DNA of 53,648 nucleotides from Escherichia virus TH29, in the sequence record MT446403.1. One strand, given 5' to 3'. The translations under genes and the position numbers were made by a program. Shown piece after piece: positions 27,243 through 35,952 of the stretch. Positions within the stretch are counted from its first letter, which is position 1. The number at the start of each line of letters is the position of its first letter. The notes under the pieces are model-generated. The model had not been told where the DNA came from. It made no database searches and was given only the letters and a program-made list of their open reading frames with translations.

Positions 27243-27869
27243 TGTCTTCTTCTTTAGGTTTTAGTTCATTACGCAAATCAAGTATTGCGTGGAAAGTTAA
27301 CAAATCCATAATAGAGTAGGTCCCGTCCGAGAGTTCTTTAAGAGAACAGAGAGAACTGTCCTCTATTACAGGACGGTGCAGGAAGTATTTTATTTCCGGG
27401 AACTTCTGAGTTAAATCGTTTCCGGACTCGAATTCTTCTGCTCGGCCATTTTGGATGCTTCCACCGCCTCCAATTGTCTGCGTTCGTTGAGTTCGAGCCC
27501 TTGCTTGAAAAAATCAAGGAAGTTCGATTCAAGAACAAATGCAAACACATGGTGCATGAGCATTAAATTGCCGTTGTACTTCATCTGCATAGTGCGTGGA
27601 TTAACTTCGACACCATCAATGGTCGCCATACACACTACACGTTTAATTAATTCTGTTACTTCCGTATGAGTTCCACCCTGCTGCATCAAATGAATAATGT
27701 CTGCAAAGTTATATTTGTTCTCAACGAATGGGAATATCGAAATACCGAGTTTCTGAACAAGCTCGACTTGGAGGTCAAGAGCTTGGCTGGCACCGAGTTG
27801 TCGCGTACCAACCAAGACTGTCTCACCAGAGTCGGCTTGTAACTCGCGTTGGCGAAGTTCACAAGCCAT
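27235..27869 (-). CDS. Predicted -1 frameshift product of the tail assembly chaperone (G/GT-like)
   Basis: Slippery heptamer U_UUU_UUC at 27507-27513 in the zero frame; the -1 frame is open for 88 codons and stops at 27235-27237, overlapping the tape measure ATG. Confidence 0.5.
27411..27869 (-). CDS. Tail assembly chaperone (zero-frame product)
   Basis: 152-aa ORF between the tail tube and tape measure genes, the canonical chaperone position. Confidence 0.55.
   Translation of the reverse strand: MACELRQRELQADSGETVLVGTRQLGASQALDLQVELVQKLGISIFPFVENKYNFADIIHLMQQGGTHTEVTELIKRVVCMATIDGVEVNPRTMQMKYNGNLMLMHHVFAFVLESNFLDFFKQGLELNERRQLEAVEASKMAEQKNSSPETI
27507..27513 (-). other. -1 programmed frameshift slippery site UUUUUUC
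   Basis: Zero-frame codons GAU UUU UUC fit X_XXY_YYZ. Confidence 0.5.
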
Positions 27870-27885
27870 TCTCTTTTACCTTATA

Positions 27886-28341
27886 TTAGACGCCGATTTC
27901 TGGATACTGGCCAGTTACGATGGTAAGGCGTTCTACAAACACAGCCCACATATTCGAAGTGAAAGTTACACCACGAACGATTGCTGGCTGTTGCAGAATT
28001 GCACCATTGACACCGTTAACCAGAACATCACCCATCTTGTCAACCAACTGCAACTGCAAAGGTTCCCAGAGAGATTTGTTACCAGACAAACCAGTTGCAC
28101 GAGTAAGCTGTGCACGTTGGTAAAGGATTTCGTTCCAGTCTGCCGTTTGCAGCAGTGGGAAAGTGATAACCCCAGACTGGTCAGCAGTGGTTGCTACAGC
28201 AAGTTTGCCGTATGCATCCATGACAGGAACATGCTGTGGCACGTTGTATCGTGCCGTAATTACAGATTGCCCTGCCTGAAAACCGTCTACACGAGCACCG
28301 TCAATCAGGAGGTCTGTATTATAAAACGAATATTGCTTCAC
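27886..28341 (-). CDS. Tail tube protein
   Basis: 151-aa ORF directly downstream of the sheath gene. Confidence 0.6.
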   Translation of the reverse strand: MKQYSFYNTDLLIDGARVDGFQAGQSVITARYNVPQHVPVMDAYGKLAVATTADQSGVITFPLLQTADWNEILYQRAQLTRATGLSGNKSLWEPLQLQLVDKMGDVLVNGVNGAILQQPAIVRGVTFTSNMWAVFVERLTIVTGQYPEIGV

Positions 28342-28350
28342 TGTTCACCC

Positions 28351-29799
28351 TTACTGAATGAAGTTGCCAGAGATTACAGCACCCTGGATTGCACCGGAAC
28401 CGATAGCAATAAAGGAAGTACCTTCCCAAATACGTTCGCCCTTCTGCGACTGCAAGAGTTCTAACGGAGTAGAGATAACTTTGTAGCCTTCTGGATAGAA
28501 GACACCTTCGTTATCAAAGCCAGGGGCAATGAGGCCGTTAGTCTTAGCGAGTTCGAGCGCCAGGGTTACTTGCTGGTTAACCATTGCTACACCAGTGTCC
28601 GTCCAAGGAATCTTGGTAGTGGAAGTGTAGAACAAGTTGAACACGTTCAGTCGAACTTTCTGAGTCAGCCATTCAACACCCTGTACGGAGTCGAACCACG
28701 TCCCATCAGCCATACGACCGTTGAAGAACATTACGTTGCCAGCAACAGAAATGAATGCGTTACCACCACAAGCCAGCAGTGCGCTTACCTGACCAGAAGA
28801 CAAGTCAGCAGTGGAAATACCTGGACCTTTCTTGTATGCCAGAATAAGAACAGAGTTTGCAACGTTGAAGTTAACAGTTGATGCACGGCCCAGAATAGAA
28901 ATTTCTGGATATTCATCACCGTTTGCGGAAGCATCGTAAACACACAGAGTGTTACGCAGGTTCTGGTTCTTAGCACGACGGAAGCTGTTATCAGTGCCGT
29001 TGATAAGAATGTTCTTGTCGTTATCACCCCAACCAAATACTTTGCTGGATGCTTCACACCACTTCGCCACAGACATTTGGTTGTCTACTGGAGAGGTTTT
29101 GCCACGATACTGGCGGTCAAGGCCTACATAGAAGAAGTTGAATGGAGCATCTGCAATATTAGACAAGTCGGAAGAGATGGATAGCTCGTTCTTACCAGCA
29201 ACAATAACTGCACTGACAGAAGATTGCAGCTTCAACACTTCACCAACTTTACCACCAACGTTGCTGATAGTTGCGTTGATGCCAGTTGCAGAAGTGGTCA
29301 GCTTGAACTTGCCAGCTTCCTGGGTAACAGTTACGCCAGCACCAACAGAAGATAGTGCAGTAGTTACCAAATTTGCAACTTCGTCGAAGTCGGCAGCAGA
29401 AGAGAAATCAATCGGGTCAGTAACGTACTGAACGCCGCTAACACTTAACTGCATGGTTGCAGCAGTTTCCAGCTTAATGGTTGCCAGTACAGCAGCAGTT
29501 GCAGCAGTAACAGTGGCAGGAGTTGCTGGAGTCAGAGTATCGTACTTGATAGCGCCGACCAGGAAAGTCTTCGGAGTTGGCTTTTGCGAGTACCAAGAGG
29601 TAGCAGCTTTAGCAATCTCACCACCAGGGAAGTCTGCGAGAACTTCTTTCAAACTGGTATACGAGCGAACCGGATATACATCAACGGTTGGTACAAACTC
29701 TTTGCTCAGGAAGAGCAACGGCCCAAAACCATCAGTCGCAATGGCGTTCGGGGAGATTGCGATATCAACCTGAACTAAGTCAGAAATTGGGATTGACAT
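28351..29799 (-). CDS. Contractile tail sheath protein
   Basis: 482-aa ORF upstream of the tube gene; size and order typical of myovirus sheaths. Confidence 0.65.
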   Translation of the reverse strand: MSIPISDLVQVDIAISPNAIATDGFGPLLFLSKEFVPTVDVYPVRSYTSLKEVLADFPGGEIAKAATSWYSQKPTPKTFLVGAIKYDTLTPATPATVTAATAAVLATIKLETAATMQLSVSGVQYVTDPIDFSSAADFDEVANLVTTALSSVGAGVTVTQEAGKFKLTTSATGINATISNVGGKVGEVLKLQSSVSAVIVAGKNELSISSDLSNIADAPFNFFYVGLDRQYRGKTSPVDNQMSVAKWCEASSKVFGWGDNDKNILINGTDNSFRRAKNQNLRNTLCVYDASANGDEYPEISILGRASTVNFNVANSVLILAYKKGPGISTADLSSGQVSALLACGGNAFISVAGNVMFFNGRMADGTWFDSVQGVEWLTQKVRLNVFNLFYTSTTKIPWTDTGVAMVNQQVTLALELAKTNGLIAPGFDNEGVFYPEGYKVISTPLELLQSQKGERIWEGTSFIAIGSGAIQGAVISGNFIQ

Positions 29800-29801
29800 T
29801 A

Positions 29802-30320
29802 TTAAACCTTTTTGGTTGTGATAAGTGTATTACCATCATAGAAGTTGCCACCAACATATGCACCAGACATGACTCCTATAGGACTCAAATCTTCACGAAT
29901 AATATTGAATTGCATTTTAACCGCTTGGCGAACTTCCCAATTGGTTTCCATTTGTATGGTGGCAAGATTTAAAGGTTCTTTACCAAGAGCAGCAAACTTC
30001 TCCTGCTTCAATTTGGCTTGAACATCGGGACGGTAAAACGAATTATCAAACTTGATAAATTCATCACCCTCACGAGAAAACAATATTGCAAATGTCAGAA
30101 TACGAACACCACGAGTACGGAACATTTCTTCACCATCAATGGTTACTATCCTGTTCTCGTCAAAACCTGGGTTGGTGCTTGATAAACATTTGATTGCAGC
30201 ATACTCACCATGGGGTCGGGGAGCGTTAATCTGCATGTTGTATGTAAATTGTGGGATGCCCACACATACATCTACAATCTCTTTCATGGATTGTAGTTCT
30301 TCGAGTCGAATATCCATCAC
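29802..30320 (-). CDS. Tail completion / neck protein (hypothetical)
   Basis: 172-aa ORF between head and tail genes. Confidence 0.4.
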   Translation of the reverse strand: MMDIRLEELQSMKEIVDVCVGIPQFTYNMQINAPRPHGEYAAIKCLSSTNPGFDENRIVTIDGEEMFRTRGVRILTFAILFSREGDEFIKFDNSFYRPDVQAKLKQEKFAALGKEPLNLATIQMETNWEVRQAVKMQFNIIREDLSPIGVMSGAYVGGNFYDGNTLITTKKV

Positions 30321-30682
30321 TTCTCCAGTACACGAGCGGCAATTACAGAGAAGAATCCGGCATCTTCATAATCGTTTATTGCTATAACTTTATACTGAAT
30401 GCCATAAACAGTGATGATTGATTTCATCGGCATCTCAGTACGACTATGAATCTTCATGAATGATGGTTGACGTTCTCCAACATCCGTTGCTTTAAGCTGT
30501 TGACCAGCTACACCCGAATCCCTGTCACCATATGCAATAGGAGTACAGCGGAACTTCTTCGGAGGTTTCCAGGAATCTTCCACCCAATTATTAAGATTGT
30601 CGTAATGACCTTCTACATATACTGCAAGGGTAGGACGACCAGTGGTTGTGTATTTGTTGAAAGCTAAGCGTTGATTAATCAA
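30317..30682 (-). CDS. Head-tail joining protein (hypothetical)
   Basis: 121-aa ORF, positional. Confidence 0.4.
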   Translation of the reverse strand: MINQRLAFNKYTTTGRPTLAVYVEGHYDNLNNWVEDSWKPPKKFRCTPIAYGDRDSGVAGQQLKATDVGERQPSFMKIHSRTEMPMKSIITVYGIQYKVIAINDYEDAGFFSVIAARVLEK

Positions 30683-31067
30683 ACTGGAACCCAGGACTTA
30701 CCCTCGGCCCAGCAAATGCCATGCGCCGCCATTGCAAATAACGTTGACCGTATACGGTTGACATGAAATCAGCTTCGATATATGGAATAGTCGAAATGAT
30801 TCGGTCGCTGAACTCTACCTGTACATCGTCCACATCGGTACGACTTACAGGCATAGCTGGCATTGCGGCATCACCAGGCATTATGTCGTCAATTGTTGAA
30901 GACCAATGCGCGACAAGTGATGCCATAGCTGGGTCATAAAACCCACACCAACGCGATTCGATTGTACCCATCACAAGTTTTGCATCTTCAACTAAGATAT
31001 CAAAACGGCCTTGGGTCATGTCAGCCATAGCCGGATAACGTTTCACCAAATCGGTCAGTGTAATCAT
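30675..31067 (-). CDS. Head-tail adaptor (hypothetical)
   Basis: 130-aa ORF, positional. Confidence 0.4.
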   Translation of the reverse strand: MITLTDLVKRYPAMADMTQGRFDILVEDAKLVMGTIESRWCGFYDPAMASLVAHWSSTIDDIMPGDAAMPAMPVSRTDVDDVQVEFSDRIISTIPYIEADFMSTVYGQRYLQWRRMAFAGPRVSPGFQFD

Positions 31068-31507
31068 TATGCCAACTTATCGTAGAGGGCCAGTTTAGCT
31101 TCTTCCGGCATATCTTTGATGTTCACACCATTAGCAACCAACACTTTATCAATGTCAGGCATACCAACTTTCACGCGTTCAACAATAGATAGACTGCCAG
31201 CTTTGATAGCTTCTTTGACCAGGTTTACTTTACGAGTTTTACCCGTGGTGTAATATTCCTTAATCACGAGTGCTTCTTTGCCAGACTTAACGTCAGCACC
31301 GATGTTGGAGTCGTCCAGCTTAACTACTTCTTCACGCATCACTTCAACTTCAGTGACAGAAGAGGTAATTGCTTTATACACTTCATCATCAATTTCAACA
31401 GTTGCACCGCCAGGAATATGTACAAAATCCAGCACAGGTTTGCCAGATTTATCCTTCTTGTAGAAGAAGAATTGGAGGTTGCGAGTTTCGTTGTTCTTAA
31501 GCTGCAT
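31067..31507 (-). CDS. Head completion protein (hypothetical)
   Basis: 146-aa ORF immediately downstream of the major capsid gene. Confidence 0.4.
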   Translation of the reverse strand: MQLKNNETRNLQFFFYKKDKSGKPVLDFVHIPGGATVEIDDEVYKAITSSVTEVEVMREEVVKLDDSNIGADVKSGKEALVIKEYYTTGKTRKVNLVKEAIKAGSLSIVERVKVGMPDIDKVLVANGVNIKDMPEEAKLALYDKLA

Positions 31508-31525
31508 TACATTTCTCTTAAATTA

Positions 31526-31543
31526 GGCGAGATTTCTCCCGCC
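31526..31543 (-). terminator. Stable hairpin directly after the major capsid gene
   Basis: Minus-strand GGCGGGA-GAAA-UCUCGCC (7 bp, GAAA tetraloop) between the capsid stop (31551) and the next start (31507). Confidence 0.45.
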
Positions 31544-31550
31544 ATCGGGA

Positions 31551-32558
31551 TTAAATACCGGAGTTGATGGAGATTGCTGCCGGATACATTGCCTGGAAGC
31601 CAGCGAAACGGCCACGGCCAGGTACTTCATAAACCAGACCATGCAGCTGAACTGGTTGCCAAGTTAACGGCAGCGGTTCACGCAGACGGAAGGTACGGTT
31701 GCCCATAGCTTCACGGCACACAACTACGAAGCAATCTGCACCAGAAGCACCGTGACCTTTGATTGCGTTCAGACCCTTGATTTTGTCGCGGGAGTTGATG
31801 AATTGGTTGTTGTCAATGAAGAACTGACCAATAGTCTTGTCAGACTGCTCAGAACGTGCGGTGTTGAAGATGTACTGCTCATGCTCAACAGGCATCCAGA
31901 TTTCAGAAGGACGCATGATTTTCAGAGTAGATGCGTACATTGCAGACACAGCAGTGGTCAGGTCAGCGATAACTTCGGTCGGAGTCTTCTCGTTCCACTT
32001 AGTAGAGCTGCCAGCGCCCTGAGCAACAGTTGCTTTGGTAACGTCTGGGTTTTCGAAGAAGCCAACGAAGCCGTTAGCCTGGTCGCCGTACCATGCAGCG
32101 GAGTTTACATACTGCTCGTAACCACGAATCGCAGCATTTGCTTTACGAGTTTCCAGCGGCAGACCGGTTACAGCAGCAGATGCAACTTCGTCAATATCAT
32201 AGTCGAATGCAGTACCAACAGACTTAACTGTTACGCTGTATTCTTTGCCAGAAATGCTGGACTTCGGCAGGTCGGTTGCACGGGCGTTAATTACCTGAGC
32301 TTTACCAACATGGTTGTAAGAACGGTAGGTCAGCGTGTTAACACCAGCGCCGCCAGTAGTATCAACACCGAAAGCAGCACGAGCTTCCAGTTCAGGATAC
32401 AGGGTGTCGTAAGTTTGAGCTTCAATGAACTCAAGCTGACGTTGAAAGAACACTGCGTCGTCGTCATTCAAAACAACGGTGCCAGAGTCCTGGATACGGG
32501 TGATGGCATCATTCAGTTCAAATTCAGAACCGTCGGCCAGTTTAATCATCTTTGGCAT
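31551..32558 (-). CDS. Major capsid protein
   Basis: 335-aa ORF after portal, protease/scaffold and head-protein genes; followed by a strong hairpin. Confidence 0.65.
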   Translation of the reverse strand: MPKMIKLADGSEFELNDAITRIQDSGTVVLNDDDAVFFQRQLEFIEAQTYDTLYPELEARAAFGVDTTGGAGVNTLTYRSYNHVGKAQVINARATDLPKSSISGKEYSVTVKSVGTAFDYDIDEVASAAVTGLPLETRKANAAIRGYEQYVNSAAWYGDQANGFVGFFENPDVTKATVAQGAGSSTKWNEKTPTEVIADLTTAVSAMYASTLKIMRPSEIWMPVEHEQYIFNTARSEQSDKTIGQFFIDNNQFINSRDKIKGLNAIKGHGASGADCFVVVCREAMGNRTFRLREPLPLTWQPVQLHGLVYEVPGRGRFAGFQAMYPAAISINSGI

Positions 32559-32602
32559 TAAATTTATTCCATTAGGCGCAGATTATTCTACGCCAATTAA
32601 AC

Positions 32603-32898
32603 TTAAGGATGCGTAATGGTGATTGCTTTAGTAGCAGTTACACCAGGAGCAGTCTTATGGGTTGCTTTGATTGTTGCAGAAGTCGCAGTACCAATCGTCG
32701 CAGTTGCAACAGTTACAGTACCATTGGCCGCCACAGTTACTCCAGTGACCGCTGGGTCAACAGTGAAGTTGTAGTCACTTGCAACAGAGTTTGCAAACGT
32801 AAACAGTTTATCAACAGTTACGGTAGCATTTACAGTTGAAGCATCAGCAGTCACAGCTGCCGCTACCGCAGTAACGGTCGGTGCTGGAGGTGGCGTTA
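32603..32898 (-). CDS. Ig-like domain extension reached only by -1 frameshift from the upstream head protein
   Basis: Open -1 frame (RSPKVVTPPPAPTVTAVAAAVTADASTVNATVTVDK...ITITHP) with Thr/Val/Ala-rich repeats; no ATG or RBS of its own (ORF track starts it on GTG). Confidence 0.5.
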
Positions 32899-33369
32899 CG
32901 ACTTTGGGACTACGTTAATCATGACCGGAACAACATCACCAGCAGCAGCCGGATAGCGAAGTGCAGTCAGGTTGGTTGCCTTAGTATAGCCAGCGCCAAC
33001 ACCACCAAATTGACCAGTGGCAGATACGCCAATGTCTTTATCGGTGATTGCAGTAACCAGTTTAACCATGATTGGGCCAGACAGCATAACGCCCAGAGGC
33101 CAGCCAGCTTTGATTGCAACAGTGCCGTCACCAGGACGAGTTGCGGATTCGATGTTAATCTGGCGCATAGTAATGCCCAGAACAGTGCCGTCGGCTTCAA
33201 TACCAGGCTTAACCTGATTGGAAGCAGTACCCTGAACAACAGCTAAACCAAAGTTAGCCATTTCAGTTTCAGCATTGAAAGTCAGGCGCTGAGAGTTAGT
33301 GGTAGCCAGGCCATATTGCTCACCCGCATATGCTGCACCAGTATTAATAGACCAATCTTGCTTTGGCAT
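32896..33369 (-). CDS. Head protein (decoration-like by position), zero-frame product
   Basis: 157-aa ORF between the protease/scaffold gene and the major capsid gene, the lambda D position. Confidence 0.45.
   Translation of the reverse strand: MPKQDWSINTGAAYAGEQYGLATTNSQRLTFNAETEMANFGLAVVQGTASNQVKPGIEADGTVLGITMRQINIESATRPGDGTVAIKAGWPLGVMLSGPIMVKLVTAITDKDIGVSATGQFGGVGAGYTKATNLTALRYPAAAGDVVPVMINVVPKS
32902..32908 (-). other. -1 programmed frameshift slippery site CCCAAAG
   Basis: Zero-frame GUC CCA AAG UCG UAA: heptamer C_CCA_AAG one codon before the stop; -1 slip gives CCC AAA then the open Ig-like frame. Confidence 0.5.
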
Positions 33370-33378
33370 TGTCTTACC

Positions 33379-34443
33379 TTATAAAGAGTTGAAGCGTTCT
33401 AAACGACGTTTGTTAGCTTCTTCGGAAATAGAAACTTTAGGCTTGCGAGCTTCTGAATCTTTCTTAGCAGTGAATTGCATAGATTGGTTCAGGGCATCAC
33501 CCAAAGTAATGGAATCACAATCTTCAAGTGCTGCATCGAAACGAGCGGAGATGTAATCTTCACTCTTATCGCTGAAATCCTTGTCATGCAATTTATTAAC
33601 TACAGCCAACTTAACTTCCGAATCGGACTTGCCGGAGAAATCAAGACTGGAGAACTCGTCGCCAAGACGGGCCACATCAATGAGAAGTGCTGTACGAGCA
33701 ACAACACGTTTGTCTACCTCAGCCTGAATGGCTTCATCGGATAGTCGTGCAGTTTCTGCATCAGCAAGTTTCTGCTCAAGGGTGCTAATCTTGTCAAGCG
33801 CCGCATCACGCTCTGCTTCAACAACATCAAAGGTTGCCTTATCGACAATGGAAATCTCTTCACCAGAGTCACCAATGCGAGTAGTCTGAGCACGACCACG
33901 AACAACAATTGCAGCATGGTTAGGGATAATACGAACTTTGTCGAAGTCTGCATCGGCATCTTCTGCAACAGCCAGTTCTGCATTATGGCCCAGGGAGATT
34001 TGGTCAACACCAGAATCAACTAATCGGATAGCTTGCTCGTCATTCAAAACGATTGATGCAGCCAAGAAAGAACCGTCTGCAATTGGACGACCTTCGATGA
34101 ACCCTTTCTGGAGTTCTTTGTTGTTCTTGATATTGACGTCATCTTTTGGATGACCGATAGTAACCGGAATTGAACGACAACCTTCAATGGTTGCCTCATC
34201 AAATAATACTTCCGGCTTGGTGCGAACACGGCAAATAGATTCTGGGTCTAGATGTTTTGCAATCTCACCAAGTTCTTTCGCTTTGTACAGCATAATGCCA
34301 GTACGAGCAATGGTGCATTCTGCAATCATTTCGCCAGAGTCGCGTAAACGACGGGTCGTCAGAGTGGCCTTGTCGGTTAACAAAACTACTTCATTCACGG
34401 TATCTTCGTCGTTAAGCTGAACCAGGTTTTGGCTTTGCTTCAC
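33379..34443 (-). CDS. Head morphogenesis protein (putative prohead protease/scaffold)
   Basis: ORF 33379-34617 overlaps the portal gene, so the real start is internal (GTG at 34441-34443 or ATG at 34327-34329); C-terminal half is coiled-coil-like. Confidence 0.4.
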   Translation of the reverse strand: MKQSQNLVQLNDEDTVNEVVLLTDKATLTTRRLRDSGEMIAECTIARTGIMLYKAKELGEIAKHLDPESICRVRTKPEVLFDEATIEGCRSIPVTIGHPKDDVNIKNNKELQKGFIEGRPIADGSFLAASIVLNDEQAIRLVDSGVDQISLGHNAELAVAEDADADFDKVRIIPNHAAIVVRGRAQTTRIGDSGEEISIVDKATFDVVEAERDAALDKISTLEQKLADAETARLSDEAIQAEVDKRVVARTALLIDVARLGDEFSSLDFSGKSDSEVKLAVVNKLHDKDFSDKSEDYISARFDAALEDCDSITLGDALNQSMQFTAKKDSEARKPKVSISEEANKRRLERFNSL

Positions 34444-35728
34444 TTGCGTTACCCTTTTGGATGTTAGGAGGTTTAGGATTTGGCTTGCCCAGGTCGCAAG
34501 TTCCGAACACGCCCGAATGGAACATGACTTCGTTTGCAACTTCTGTAGTAATGGTTCCATTGTTAACCAGCAGGTCAACTGCGAATGCCAAATCTTTAGC
34601 TCGCTTCGCTTTCTCAACGTTGGATTCAGGGAAGATATCTAACCATTCATAGTCATATTCTTCAATGCCAAAGTGCGCCTGGACAATCTTATCTACCACA
34701 TCTAAACGTGGGTCAAAGACAGAAGTCTGCAAGCCTGTCAACAAGTCGATATAGTTTACGAGGTCAGATTCGCCCGTAGCGTTCATACCGTCTGGAGATG
34801 CAGAAAGGAAACGTGTAGCCGGAATACCAACTGCGGCAGCAACTATCTTTAAGTATTCCCAAATCAAATCTTTCACACCAGATAGTGCAATTGACTTGGT
34901 GTCATACTTCTCAGTGTTGTCGAGAATTAGGACATTATAAATACTCTTTGCCAGCTTCATGAGTTTGAAGCGCTTCATCACAGCAGCTTCACCTTCAGGT
35001 GATGTAAGCAGAGATTGTAAGCCTTCAACAGTTACCACATCAATTGTGGCTTCTTGAGCAAGGCTGGCAGCAGCAGCAGCGGTTGTATAAAATTGGTCAA
35101 TCGTTTTCAGCAGTGGAATAAGTACCGAATCAGAATACCACATGTTACGTTGGAATTCGAACAGTGGAAGTTCAGTACCCTCGAACCGAAGGAAACGAGT
35201 GTAATGGATATAGCCGGGATACCCCGCCAAAGTGTAAAACTCTGGCAAACCATAATGAGGACTCAAAGGGTCCAGCACCATAGTTCCTGCGGCAAATAAG
35301 CGTGAGCGGTCAATAACTCTCATGGATTTAATACATCCAGTCTTCAAGTTATCCAGACGCAATGGTGTATCAAGTTTACCCGTCCCTTTCAGGTCGAGTA
35401 ATACAAATGAAGTCCCATACAGTCTGGCCCATTGATATGCTTCACGGAACAGTTTGCGGATACGAAGTTTCTTATCAGCTTTGCGCCCTTCTTCACTATC
35501 AATATGTCGCCACTTACGCGTCATGTCTTGAGGAATAACGGTACACACTTTCTGTGATACCCAATCCTCACGGAAGCGGTTCATCAGTTCGCGATAGTTC
35601 GCGTTCTTGTTGGAGAAAGACCACTGGTTAAAAGTAGACTTATCTGCCTGACCGCCCAACCCTGTTACAAGGTTTTCTAACCCATCTGCAACTTTAACAG
35701 AGAGATTGTTTTTCTTTTTGGAAGTCAT
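34412..35728 (-). CDS. Portal protein
   Basis: 438-aa ORF immediately after the large terminase region. Confidence 0.6.
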   Translation of the reverse strand: MTSKKKNNLSVKVADGLENLVTGLGGQADKSTFNQWSFSNKNANYRELMNRFREDWVSQKVCTVIPQDMTRKWRHIDSEEGRKADKKLRIRKLFREAYQWARLYGTSFVLLDLKGTGKLDTPLRLDNLKTGCIKSMRVIDRSRLFAAGTMVLDPLSPHYGLPEFYTLAGYPGYIHYTRFLRFEGTELPLFEFQRNMWYSDSVLIPLLKTIDQFYTTAAAAASLAQEATIDVVTVEGLQSLLTSPEGEAAVMKRFKLMKLAKSIYNVLILDNTEKYDTKSIALSGVKDLIWEYLKIVAAAVGIPATRFLSASPDGMNATGESDLVNYIDLLTGLQTSVFDPRLDVVDKIVQAHFGIEEYDYEWLDIFPESNVEKAKRAKDLAFAVDLLVNNGTITTEVANEVMFHSGVFGTCDLGKPNPKPPNIQKGNASEAKPKPGSA

Positions 35729-35952
35729 TATTTCTTCCTTAGAACAGTTCCATTACCTTTAACAATTTGAATGTTGTCGGAGGTGTGGAGTCGCAGATTT
35801 GACTCGTGTTTTAATTTAACACAGTCACTCTCTGTGGTAGAAACTGCCTCAATCACACACAAAATGTTCCCTTCCAAATCTTGAATCTGGAGGGAGTTGT
35901 TCTTGCGTGAGCGGGCATCTAAGCGAGTGATAACCGCCATATTTACATCCAT
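35728..35952 (-). CDS. Hypothetical protein
   Basis: 74-aa ORF between terminase and portal genes. Confidence 0.4.
   Translation of the reverse strand: MDVNMAVITRLDARSRKNNSLQIQDLEGNILCVIEAVSTTESDCVKLKHESNLRLHTSDNIQIVKGNGTVLRKK

Noticed and set aside
27338-27550. ORF-track ORF overlapping the chaperone gene as the frameshift partner
   Set aside because: It is in the +1 frame relative to the chaperone; the frame reached by a -1 slip at UUUUUUC is a different, unlisted frame that ends at the tape measure start.
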